Assembly (NCBI GenBank): GCA_964016885.1
Contig: OZ024740.1
Span: 682,001 to 746,000 of the forward strand
Direction: 5' to 3'
Length of the DNA stretch: 64,000 bases
Source: Eledone cirrhosa
Lineage: Eukaryota
Both the position numbers and the translations under genes were made by a program. Below, piece after piece: positions 25,811-38,569 of this stretch. The notes under the pieces are model-generated. The model had not been told where the DNA came from. It saw only the letters and a program-made list of their open reading frames with translations, and made no database searches. Every line of letters begins with the position of its first letter. Position 1 is the stretch's first letter.

Positions 25811-25913
25811 CGTTTAGTTTCTGCCTTTGATGCTCGGGAACTGGAACTTGTAATTGCTGGAACGGTAGAAATTGATATTAATGACTGGAGGAAAAATACT
25901 GAGTATCGCTCAG
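25799..25913 (+). CDS. HECW2: HECW-type E3 ligase HECT exon ([38 protein letters not shown])
   Basis: Acceptor is the last array unit; CAG|GTAGGA donor, phase 1. Confidence 0.94.
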
Positions 25914-26159
25914 GTAGGACTCAACGCTTCTTTACAGTGTTCTTACTGACTGTTGTTGTTTTCATCTATTGCAACTGCAGTGTGATGTGGTGACAGACAT
26001 GTGATGACCACAATGTTTCAGCAAAGCATGTATATGATAAGCTCAGAGAAAATGAAAATTTTTCTGATGAAGTTTAAGGAATACACACTTAGTTGAAACC
26101 TTATGCCCATGTTGTAAGAAAATATATAAATCTATTTATACAATACTAAAAAATGCAGT

Positions 26160-26620
26160 GGTTTGAAGGGATATTTAGGTAACATGGCAGATGCATTTGT
26201 GTGTAAAGTGTGTGTAGAGGGAGCTACAGAGAGAGAGAGAGAGGAGGAGGATATTGAGCTGGATCTTGGGAATGATGTGGAGAGAAAAGTTGTGAAAAGG
26301 TTGGTTTTTTTTTACCTTAGAGACAAACTCTGTGACAGTATCGAGAGTGAAATGTGCATGGAAGAAGTTGTAGAGAGTGAGTGGTGTATTAATGAGGAGG
26401 AGAATGTCACTGAAAGGAAAGGTAGATGCTGCATGTGGAAGGAGTGAGACATGGGGATAAACAAAGGAGGTTGGAGAAAAGGGAAATGAGAATGGTCTGG
26501 GGGAGGAGTATAGCTTAGAGAGAGAAGTAAACAATGAATTGCAGAGACTGATAGGAATAGAATCAGTGATGAATGTTGTGAAAAGAAATAGAACGAGTGG
26601 TAAAAGTGATGTTGTGTGGG
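26160..26620 (+). mobile_element. Highly decayed RTE LINE fragment
   Basis: Residual FVCKVC / FFYLRDKL-type motifs resembling the RTE C-terminal region of the other copies. Confidence 0.5.
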
Positions 26621-26959
26621 AGCGCAATAATTTTCAGCCCTTGAACACGTGGTTTCATTACTGCACCCCACTCCTGGAGTGTGCATATGCAGCACTCCAT
26701 GCACAGAAGCTATGTGTTATTCCCAAAAATCATCCAGTAAAAACAAACACAACCAGGACTGGTGGAGCAAATTGTCAACAGTGTTTAGTCGTAAATATTG
26801 TATTGAATAGGTCTGACTATGACTGGAGGTAGCGGTCCAAGACTGTCGCTGCATTATGTGACTTCCAAAATAGGAATACTGTCAGACTTAGTCTGTATAT
26901 TGTTGTAATATGTGATATTGTTAGATATGTCTCTATAGTAGATATATTCTATTTTCTAG

Positions 26960-27045
26960 GTTATCATGACCAACATCTTGTTATTCAATGGTTTTGGGCA
27001 GCAATTGAAAAATTTGATAATGAAAGAAGGTTACGCCTCTTACAG
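26960..27045 (+). CDS. HECW2: HECW-type E3 ligase HECT exon ([29 protein letters not shown])
   Basis: TTTTCTAG acceptor, CAG|GTAAAT donor. Confidence 0.94.
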
Positions 27046-27645
27046 GTAAATTGTTCCTCATTGTTATTAATCAATCTTTTAGATATGTAGTCACCTGTTC
27101 TTTTCAATCTGACACCATTAATAAACAACTAAATTATGGAGTCTCCCATCACCAACATATGGCATCAAGCAGTTTGATCAACTGTAGCTTTGACATAATT
27201 TTCAGGCAGTATCAGTATGACAGTGTGTAGCAAACTGGACATTTGAAGTACAGATACAGTCTATCTAGCAGACTTCCACACAGTTTCTGTCTACAAAGCT
27301 TGGATCAACCTGATGCTTTCTGTGTTAAAAGATACTTGCTCATGATGTCATACTGTTGTGCCAAACCCAGGACCTTGTCATTGCAAAGCAAACTTCTTAA
27401 CCACTCAGCCATCTTCTAGAAAGATCTAAAATAATACACTATTTTATATTTATAAGTGTGGTTAGTGTTAGGAAGGGCATCCAACTGTAAAAATCCCAGC
27501 CAAATTTCATGGGCCTGCCTGAGTAAGGTACGGCGTGGCCTATCTGGTCAGACTTGTCTTGTGACGTGGATGACCCATTTAACCCATGCAAGCATGGAAA
27601 GGACGTTAAATGGTGATGATAATTATGATGATGATTATATATATA

Positions 27646-27735
27646 CAGGGTGTCCCCAAAAATGTATATACCATTCTAGTAAATATTGCCTGTACAGGTA
27701 ATGAAAGTGTGTGTACATTTGTTGGGGACATCCTG
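27646..27735. mobile_element. ~90-bp Tc1/mariner-type MITE
   Basis: TA-CAGGGTGTCCCCAA ... TTGGGGACATCCTG-TA. Confidence 0.8.
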
Positions 27736-27761
27736 TAAAATCAAAACTAGTAAAGGAATAA

Positions 27762-27968
<207 letters not shown>

Positions 27969-28593
27969 TAAGATATTACATTATTTTACAGTGTCTTTGG
28001 ACAGATTAATACCGAGAGGAATACAACGGTAACATTCAGTTATATCTCTTTACATTCTGAGTTCAAATCCTGCCAAGGCTAACTTTGCCTTCCAGGGTCA
28101 GTCATGTCCTGGGAGAGCGGGGTCGATGTAATCGACTTTCCCCTCCTCTTCACAAATTGTCGACTTTGTGCGTAAATTAGAAATCATTAAAATGTTATGT
28201 TTTGTCCACTCTACTATATGAAGATATCGATAACAGTTTCTGGTTTAGGCACAAGGCCAACAGTTTTGGGAGAGAAGAAAGTTGATTAAATCAACCCCAG
28301 TACATGACTGGTACTTTATTTTACCAACCCCATAAAGATGAAAAGTAAAGCTAACCTCATCGAGATTTGAACTCAGAACATAAAGGGCCATAACTATATG
28401 CCATGACGCATGGTGTCCGACACTCTACTGATTCTGCCAGTTAATAACAAAAGTATTATCAAATTGAATAGAAACCTATCTTCCATTGGTCTCACAAAAC
28501 ATAAGGAGGCCTCAGATGGGGGGGGGGGGGTCTTTAATGAGATGTTTCTATTGCAATAAATTATTGTTAATATATTGTGATTTTTATTCCTAA

Positions 28594-28737
<144 letters not shown>

Positions 28738-30822
28738 AGCTGATTATCTTGAGTCATTTGATGATGATGTGGATGAGGAAGAGGAGGAGTCTAATTACAG
28801 CAACAGTAACTAATTGTCTGTTTAGGGCAACAGCAGCAGCTCTACGTAGCAACACTTGTTGTCTGTATATCTTGCTATAACAGTAAAACTATCTACAATT
28901 GTCTGCTATGTCTCTGGCCGAATGCAACTGCTATTTTGCAGGAAGTCACACACAAATACACACATACACATACATGTGCATCATACATACACATCATATA
29001 TATGAAAGATGTAAGGAAATTGACACTATATATAACTACATTGTTGCCTTGAAACTATGTAGTACAGTAGTTTAACTAGATTTACTGATATACGCATAAA
29101 TAACATAACAAAACTTATATAATATATTCCCTTATTTGGTTTGAAGCACAAAATCAAACCAAGGTTCCCTGTAATCCAATGTGCATCGCATGAATTTATT
29201 TTTGATGCACTGTAGCATATTTCTGTGATATGAGATGGATGTTGGAGACAGATATTTTGCTGGTTGCCTGGGTTGACAAAACAAGAAGTATGCGAGATAT
29301 ATATATAAATATATGATAAAAAAAGGAAAAGCATTGCATAGTAAGCAGCCTTACCATAACACTGGCTTAACAGAAATACTTCTATTGTCTTTGACATTGC
29401 TGCTGTCTAAAAATCATCTCTTCCATTACCAATAACTTAAATGTTGACCCCTCACAGTGCCGCAAATGTGAGGGGTCAAAAGATATTTATAGTGCCGCAA
29501 ATGTGAGGGGTCAAAAGATATTTATTGATGGAAAAAAAAAATGAAGAGAAACAAAAAAAAAGAACACAAAAGAAAATTGCTGTGTAACATTCATAGCTTT
29601 GGGCTCAGTTAACAGAGAAGATAAAGTTTTCTCTTTCTCTTTGTCCATCTATCTATCTCTTTATAAACATGTTTGGGAGAGAAAAAGAAAGTCCCACCTA
29701 TCAACAAACACAAGAGATTTAGATTTTGTATATTTGTCAGAGAAATTTCTATTATCATTGGACAGTGAATGTAATTGATTTAACATGTATGTGTGTGCGT
29801 ATATATATATATATATATCTATATATAACATATACACGTGTGCGTGTATGTGTGTGTATGTAAAAATATTTATAAATATATGTATGTATATAACATATAC
29901 GCACATGTGCATATGTCTGTGTATATATATATACATGTATATACATGTGTATACACACAAACATTTGTTTTGTTTTATTAATCATAATAGGCCTTCCCTT
30001 CCTTTGTCCTGATAAAAATATTATATCAATTATTAAAATAGTGTAGCATCAATGACGGTGCCCCAGCATGGCCTCAGCCTCTTCACTGGAACATGTAAAA
30101 TAAAAAACTGAAAATATAGCAAATTGCTGATAGGAGGGATGAGAAGATTTCTATTTATAAATCATATTCACTTATTATATTTTGCAATTTTTTATAGATA
30201 TGCATGTATGTGTGTGTATATAGTATGTGTGTATATATATATGTGTGTATGTATATAGTATATGTATATATGTGTGTATGTGTATGTATATATATGGATG
30301 TATATATATATATCTGTATGTGTATATATATATATGTATGTATATGTATATATATACATTTATATATATATATATATGTATATGTACATATATATGTATA
30401 TGTGTGTGTATATATGTAAGTATATATACATATGTGTGTATATATGTAAGTATATATACATATGTGTATGTATATATATATATTTATATATATATATATA
30501 CATATATATATCGACATAGTATAAATATTATATGGTGTTATAATATAAAAACTGGACGGTCTTCTTATCCCTGCTCTACACAGTAAAAGAAAGGATTAAA
30601 ATTCACTACACTAAGGGTCACATCCTGGATATTTGACTAGGTTTAAGAATGTTGAGGGTATCTATGTCTGCTCACAACTACATGGTCACATAAAACCATT
30701 AGGGGAAGCTACATACTACCATGTTATCCTGCAACTGAGGCAAAAGAGAAACCAATATATATAACATATACATATGTATAACGTGTGTGTGTGTGTATAT
30801 ATATAACATCTACACATGTATG

Positions 30823-30891
<69 letters not shown>

Positions 30892-33284
30892 TGTATAATG
30901 TGTATATATAGATGTATTAGTTTAAAGAACAAGAGGAACCCAATCTAGTATCATTTTAATCAATATAATCTCCCTTTTGTTTCCCATAATTAAGTCTATT
31001 TATTTACAAAATTTCACTTTTATTTTTCTGTTGACCTACTTCATTTATAAAAGAAAAAAATACTAGGTAAGCTAATAAAATGTCGCCCATACCTCAATTT
31101 CTTTCTTTTTAAGAAGTAGGAGTCATATCTAATAGAATATTTCATTATATTGTATTTCTATTGTTTTTTGGTCAGCTGTTTTTAATGTCTTACCAAGCCA
31201 GCAATCAGTCAGTTTCTCATTAAGTGACAGTGTTTTACAGTGCTTCCTAATTTAAATGCCTGGCATGCTCTTTGGGCATATTGTTGCCTTGACCCCTCAA
31301 ACCAACCTGACCCAATTCAGTACTCCCCACAAATTTCCTGCTCTATATTGAGAAGCTGGTCCCTCCACTTTCCAAATACTTAACAAAAATCTACATGAGA
31401 GAAGAGTAAGAGACGTTATCTATTATATTGACTGTGTATATATAAAGTGAGTATATATATATATATATAATGCTGAACATAGGTGTACATTGGTGAAAAT
31501 GGTTATATCATTTGCTTATATTTCGTGAGAAATATATTATATTTATATTGTTACTCACACAATCACACTCCCACACACACATTATACCATAACAATTGGC
31601 TAGGTTTGTTTGTTCTTTTACTCAATTATCTCCCTGTATATTTTCTGGCATATATATATATATGCACACCTACACACTCACACATATATGCATATATATG
31701 TTTGTAGCTGGGTGATTGTCCAAAAGATATAGAGCACTCTGTTGAAAGAGTTTAAAAGGTTGGGTTTTTTGGGGGGAGGGGGGGATTATTACAACTAGGA
31801 ATATGGCTAACATGAAAATCAAGTAGGTAAAAAAAATCTAGGTATTGTGTAAGGACGTGTATGTATGTATATATATATATATATATATATATAAATACAT
31901 ACATACACACACACATATATGTGTGAGTTGTAAATGTGTGTGTTTGCGTAAACACATATATATTGATACAGTTTATCAGTTGATTTTACTTATTGATATT
32001 GGCTTTATCTGTCAGTGCTCATTAATTTCATGTTTTTCCACATATGACCTTCACCCCTGAAAGTTTCACTAGTGGAATATGAGCCTTTCAAAAGATTTGT
32101 AAGATATGCTACAGATAACACAACAGTTGCTACTTTAGAACAAACCAACAAACAGTACTTCATTCCATTGTAGTGTGTGATTGTGGACACAGTATAGCCT
32201 AATGGTTAGCAATCCTGAGGTTTAGGGTTCAATCTCACTGCTTGGCATCCTGAGCAAATATTAATCTTTAGCACGCTGAATTGTTTTATGGATTGCTTCC
32301 ATTGACACTGCATTAAGGGGAGATTACTCTATTGCCGCCAACAGCATGTTAAAGGTTAATTTACTAAAGCTTCGGGTTGACCCCTAAGCCTTGTATTTTG
32401 TGGAAACTGGAAGCCTGTTAGATTGACTGTACTTGAAATTCAAAGGTCCAGTCTTTTTACATGCTGTGTCACATTGAATCTTACTGACATTAAGATGTCT
32501 GTGGAATACTCAGCCACTTGTACATTAATTTCACATGTAGGTTGTTTCATCGATTGAACAACTGGAACCCTTATCTTTGAAAACCAATGGATGCTGTGTC
32601 TGTGGAATACTCAGCCACTTGCATGTTAATTTCATAAATAAAATTCTCCATTGATCAAACAACTGGAACATGCTTTTTCGAAACCACCAGAGGATGTCCA
32701 TACTACGTCTGCTAATGTATGGCTGTGATCTGAATAAAACTACACTATTTTATTCCATTTTAACCTTATAACACTACGGTAATTATTTTCAGTTTGATTA
32801 AATTATTGTTGTTATTAATTTTGTTTATTGTTAGTGTCCATTCAGTTACCACCCATTATTTTATGTCCATCTCTCTTTTTATATTTCATTAATTTCAAAG
32901 TTTGTTTCTGGTGTACAATTTCGAAAGTTGGTGTAATGATCTGTGCAAAAAAAAAAAAAAAAACGATTTCCCACAAAAATCCCCAGCAAAAAAAATAAAA
33001 ACAAACAAAAAGAAATTATTTTAAGCAAAGCACAAAGTCAACAGCTTTCTCAAAATCTTGGCTGTATTTTCATAATTTGCAAAATGTTTTTATCTTAATT
33101 AGTGGACAATCACAAGAAAATTGATTTATGTCCTAATGGAATGAATAATTAGAATATGTTAATTGATAGAGAGAGAGCTTGGCTTATAGACTTTGTTTTA
33201 AAACAATAAACCTCATACACGCACTTCAATATACAAACATTACCCTTTCAACACGTGCCCATACATATTCAGAAGAATAAAGGT

Positions 33285-33657
33285 GTATTTATATATATAT
33301 ATAATGTGTGTGTGTATTTTATATATATATGTATTTATATATATATATATATGTATTTATATATATATATATATGTATTTATATATATATATATGTATTT
33401 ATATATATATATATGTATTTATATATATATATATGTATTTATATATATATGTATTTATATATATATGTATGTATTTATATATATATATATATATGTGTAT
33501 TTATATATATATGTGTGTATTTATTTATATATATATATATATGTATTTATATATATATATATATGTATTTATATATATATATGTATGTATTTATATATAT
33601 ATATATATGTATGTATTTATATATATATATGTATTTATATATATATATATATGTATT

Positions 33658-33696
<39 letters not shown>

Positions 33697-33860
33697 ATAT
33701 ATGTATTTATATATATATATATATATGTATTTATATATATATATATATATGTATTTATATATATATATATGTATTATATATATATATATATATATGTATT
33801 TATATATATATATATATATATGTATTTATTTATATATATGTACATATATATATATATATG
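33285..33860. repeat. Compound (TA)n microsatellite with recurring TGTATT
   Basis: Direct reading. Similar tracts at 30200-30510, 51920-52240, 56710-56865 generate the spurious Y/I-rich ORFs. Confidence 0.95.
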
Positions 33861-34090
33861 AGAATTATCTGCAGCAAACAAAATGCGCTTTCACATATCC
33901 AGATATGCTGTGATCTATTAGATATATGGAGGGGGAGAGGTTGTAATATCAAATTGTAAAACAAATATCACACATACATACACAGAGACTCACATTCATA
34001 TACACACAGACTCTCACACTCACATACACACACTTGTTATCCCTCAAGCCCCTCTTCATTGTTTTATAACTTTCAATAGCGGTTTATTAA

Positions 34091-34272
34091 CCCTTAAGCA
34101 TTCATGATAATAACTATGTACAATATGGTGATGTATTCATATAGAAACGATTATTAATTGATTAGTTTGTTACCAAATTCAACATTTTAACAAGGCTGGT
34201 TATGGTTTGGTACGGTGTAGTGTGAACAGATAGGTTTTGTTTTTAATTAGTCGTTGTTTGAATGCTAAAGGG
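34091..34272. mobile_element. piggyBac-type MITE
   Basis: TTAA-CCCTTAAGCATTCA ... TGAATGCTAAAGGG-TTAG. Confidence 0.65.
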
Positions 34273-35479
34273 TTAGGGTTAATAATTACTTTTATAATCA
34301 TACAAAAATGACCCTTAAAGGGGTTGAATGCTTCTTTTTTTTTTTTTTTGGCTTTATCCATAGCTTAGAGATACTGCTATACCTGCTCCACCTCACACCA
34401 CAATAAGATGGCATTTCTTCATTTTGACGCATCATTTCAGTTTATTCAAAACAAGAGAAAAAATAAACCAAAAAAAATTCTAAAACTACAATAACAACAA
34501 AAACACTCAATGGAAATTCTCCTCGGACATTTAAAACAAACAAAACAAAAAATATTAATTTATTTTACAAAGTAGTTAAAACAACAACAAACCACATTTT
34601 TGTCTTACTTTTAATTTATTTGTACATTGAAACTTTTTCCCACTCTGCTATATTTTATATTGCCTAGGAATGGGCAGGAACATTAAAACTTACCCAAACT
34701 TTCATTGTTTTTTCTTCTTTTATTTCCCCTTCAGCCTCTTTATTCATCAATATTGCCTTAATTTTTGTTTTTCTTTAGATTTAGCAGTGATTGACAGTAA
34801 TCGGGTGTCAGGCAACGTTTTGTGGCATAGAGTTACGGCCCTTTACCTTTCGTCTTTATAGGGTCGATTTAATTACTGGCCTTGTGCCTTTAGTAGAAAC
34901 CAAAAACCATTATTTAATCAGACATTTTTTTATTTAGTACTTTTTTTTTTTTTTTTTTTTTTTCAAATTCAAAATTTTCCAAGATGGGTGTATATAGGAG
35001 CAAGAATACTGAAATGTGTGTTTATGGTGGATTTTAGGGAGGGCATCCATCTGTAGAACCCATGCCAAAGTCTGGAATGTACAACTGAGACATAATCCTT
35101 CAACTCCGCTAGAAGGGACTCCAAATAAGGACTTGTCCAACCCATGCTAGCATGAAAAGTGAAGGTAAAATGATGGGGTTAATATGTATGTATGATAAGT
35201 CCAGTAAGACAACTTCCCTAGTGGCACAAATAAGAGCATCTAGTCCATTCTGTAAAATAGAGGGGTAGATAGGGCCCCTGAGTCGAGTAAGACAACCTCT
35301 TGTGCTGGTGCAGCCATGTGTGAAAACCTCCTGACCGTCAACAAGCAATCGCACAACAACAACTGCATAAACAGCAATAACACTAACCATGTTAAGTCTG
35401 CGCACGGTAGTGGGGTGGCTGGTGCGGCCATGTGCGAAAACCCCCGAATGTCATCAAGCAATCGCACAACAAGAGTATG

Positions 35480-37485
35480 AAGATGTCGCATCTCAGAGTT
35501 GCCACACTTAATGTTGGCACTCTAACAGAGGGTGACTTGGTGGAACAGCACGGTAGATAGGGCCATTAGAGACAAAAGACTAGCTTGGAAAAATGGTGGC
35601 AGTAGAGACCGATACAGTTGCTAAGAGAGAAGCTAGACATCAGGTGTACTTAGCACGCAGGGAGGCTGAGAGTAGGAGGTTTGACAATGTTCTGCGATGG
35701 GGAAGATCAGAGACATGCGGTGTTCTGCATTGCAAGGCAGTGTGTCAATGCAAATCAGGATGTTGTTGGAGATAAGTGTGTCCGGAATGATGCCGGTGTA
35801 CTTAGTGTCACGAATGATCAAAAAAAGGAGGCCTGGAAATGTCATTATGAGAGACTAATGAATGTGGAGAACAAATGGGAGAGAGAAATTACCTTCAGTA
35901 GATCCGACAGAGGGACCAGCTATTGAGATTAAGGAAATGAAAAATGGTAAGGCCGCTGGACTGTCAGGGATAGTTGTTGAGATGCTGAAGTCATCAGGAG
36001 AAGTAGGCACTAAACTAGTTGCATGCATCATCAATCAAGCTATATATGGTGATGTCATACCCAAAGACTGGTGCAGCAGTGTTCTCATGAATTGCTACAA
36101 AGGTAAAGGGGATGCTCTGGAGGAGCAATTATAGGGGCATAAAGCTGATAGATCAGGTTATGAAAGTGCCAGAGTGAATATTAGCACAACTGATTAGAGA
36201 AAGGGTCAAACTAGATGAGATGCAGTTTGGTTTTGTGCCTGGGAAAAGTACAACAAATGCCCTCTTCTTGGTGAGACAACTACAAGAGAGGTTCTTAGAG
36301 AAGAATAAGCCACTATACTTAGCTTTTGTTGACCTAGAGAAGGCCTTTCATAGGGCACCCCGATCTGTCATCTGGTGGTCCCAAATGAAACTAGGTGTAG
36401 AGGAATGGCTTGTGAGGACAGTGCAAGCTATGTACAGAGGAGCTGTCAGTAAAGTGAGTGTAGGAATGCAGTTTAGTGAGGAATTCCAAATACAAGTATA
36501 ACATCAGGGTTTGGTCCTCAGCCCACACTTGTTCATTATAGTCCTCCAAGCCATAACAGAGGAGTTTAAGACTGGCTGTCTTTGGGAACTTCTCTATGTT
36601 GATGATCTGGTTCTTATAGCAGAATCAGTAGAGGAGCTAGAGAATAAATTCTGGCTATGGAAACAGCAGTTGGAATCAAGAGGACTGAGAGTGAACCTAG
36701 CTAAGACAAAAGTGTTGATAAGTAGAAAAGAGGACAAACCTCTGATTGCATCAGGGAAATGGCCATGTTCGATATGTAGAAAAGGAACTGGCATAAATTC
36801 TATAAAATGTGCGCAATGCAGATCTTGGGTACACAAGAGATGTAGTGGGAGAGCAGGCAAACTAGGTAGGGAAAGTTGACAGTAGTAATTGCAGTGATAG
36901 ACACATCTTTCAAATGCAGGTGGATTCTATAGAAGTGGTTGATAGCTTCCAGTATTTAGGTGATCAGATTAGCATGGGTGGGGGTGTTCCGAGGCCATAG
37001 TATCTAGAATAAGGGTGGGTTGGAAGAAGTTTAGGGAGCTACTTCCTCTGTTGACAAAGAAGAGTTTCTCCCTGCGTACGAAAGGCCGGTTATATGATAC
37101 CTGTGTGAGATGCGTGATGCTGCATGGTAGTGAGACATGGGCAGCAACTGCAAAGCATATGCAACGGCTGGAGAGAAATGAAGCAAGCATGCTCCTTTGG
37201 ATGTGTAATGTCAATGTGCGTGAATGACCAAGCATAGATGTGTTGAGAGAGAAACTGGGTATAAGAGGGATAAGTTGTAGTGTGCGGGAGAGAAGACTGC
37301 GATGGTATGGACATGTGATGTGCAGACCACAAAAAATATGGGCGGATGTGGTGGGAGCAGACCTCAGATTGCTGGAGCTCATGGAGGAGATGACAAAGGA
37401 CCGTGAAAAGTGGAGAGATACTGTGCTGAATAGGACCAGTCCCACCCTTGTAAGCAGGGAAAAGCAGACGTAAAATGATGATGAT
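35480..37485 (+). mobile_element. RTE-clade LINE, internally deleted and degenerate (close relative of 15400-17770)
   Basis: APE N-terminal remnant (LRVATLNVGTL) then RT motifs [14 protein letters not shown]; (ATG)n tail. Confidence 0.9.
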
Positions 37486-38379
37486 ATATATATATATCAT
37501 CATCATCACCATTTAACGTCCATTTTTCCACGCTACCATGGATTAGACGACTTGTCCTGTTGTGAGCAATGCCAGGTCAGATGACTATGTCTTGCTCATA
37601 CAGAACTGATTTTGGCTTGATTTCTACAGCTGGATACTCTTCCTAACACCAACCTCATTTACAGTGGGTACTGGGTGTTTTTAGTCATGACACCTACACA
37701 AAATGTATGTGTGTGTTTAACATATATAAACAGTTGCAGAAACTTCAACTGATTCTGCTACCTTTTTCTTTAGAAAATAAATCTGACATTCAGCTCACAT
37801 GTATTGAGTGCTCATTCAATATGTAAGTATAATATGAAATGAGCAAAAATCCAAACTCCATTTATAATCCAAGGCAGCTAATTAACATATTATTTAGATG
37901 GTGTGGTTTTGAAATTCTCATGAGTATAAAATATATTTATGAAGTTTTAATATTTTGATGTTTAAAATGTTTTAAATGTCATTTAGAATATAGTTTTCAT
38001 TTCACGATAATATATAATGCTTTTTTACCATTTTGTCTGCTTTATAAAATTTCAACAAGTTTCTCATATTTTTACTTCCAGCCACTCATATGCTGGGAGT
38101 AATTTAAAAGCAAGAGATTGAATAAGTGAACTTTGTATAGGAATTCATAGAGTGGAAGGGCAGGTGGAGAGACAGTGCGAAAAGCAATAAAACACAAGTC
38201 AGAATTAAGAGTTCAATTTTACGTATGATTGAAAGAAAGAGTATTATTAAGTCAGAGAAAAACATGTATGTGTTGTGTACACTTATGTGTGTGTATTTGT
38301 GTATGGGATATGTATTAAAAAGTTCAAATTGTAAAAATGTGGAGAATAAAGGAGTTGGAAGTTTGAAAACATTGGTTAA

Positions 38380-38569
38380 CCCTTTAGCATTTAAACCGGC
38401 CACATCCAGCCAGAATTCTCTCACTTCTTTCTGTTCAAACTGACCATAACTAGCCACTCATACCAATGATAAAGTATTGTTCTCAAAATAGATAACATCA
38501 AAAGCTTGTAGCTTTGATAATATGTGAGATAAAGCCTTTACTGCGAAAATACACCTAAATGCTAAAGAG
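38380..38569. mobile_element. piggyBac-type MITE (truncated relative at ~17779-17903)
   Basis: TTAA-CCCTTTAGCATTTA ... TAAATGCTAAAGAG-TTAA. Confidence 0.72.

Noticed and set aside
29661-33959. Long Tyr/Ile/Cys/Val-rich ORFs (also 51889-52286, 56476-57296 and others)
   Set aside because: They are translations of (TA)n/(TG)n microsatellites.
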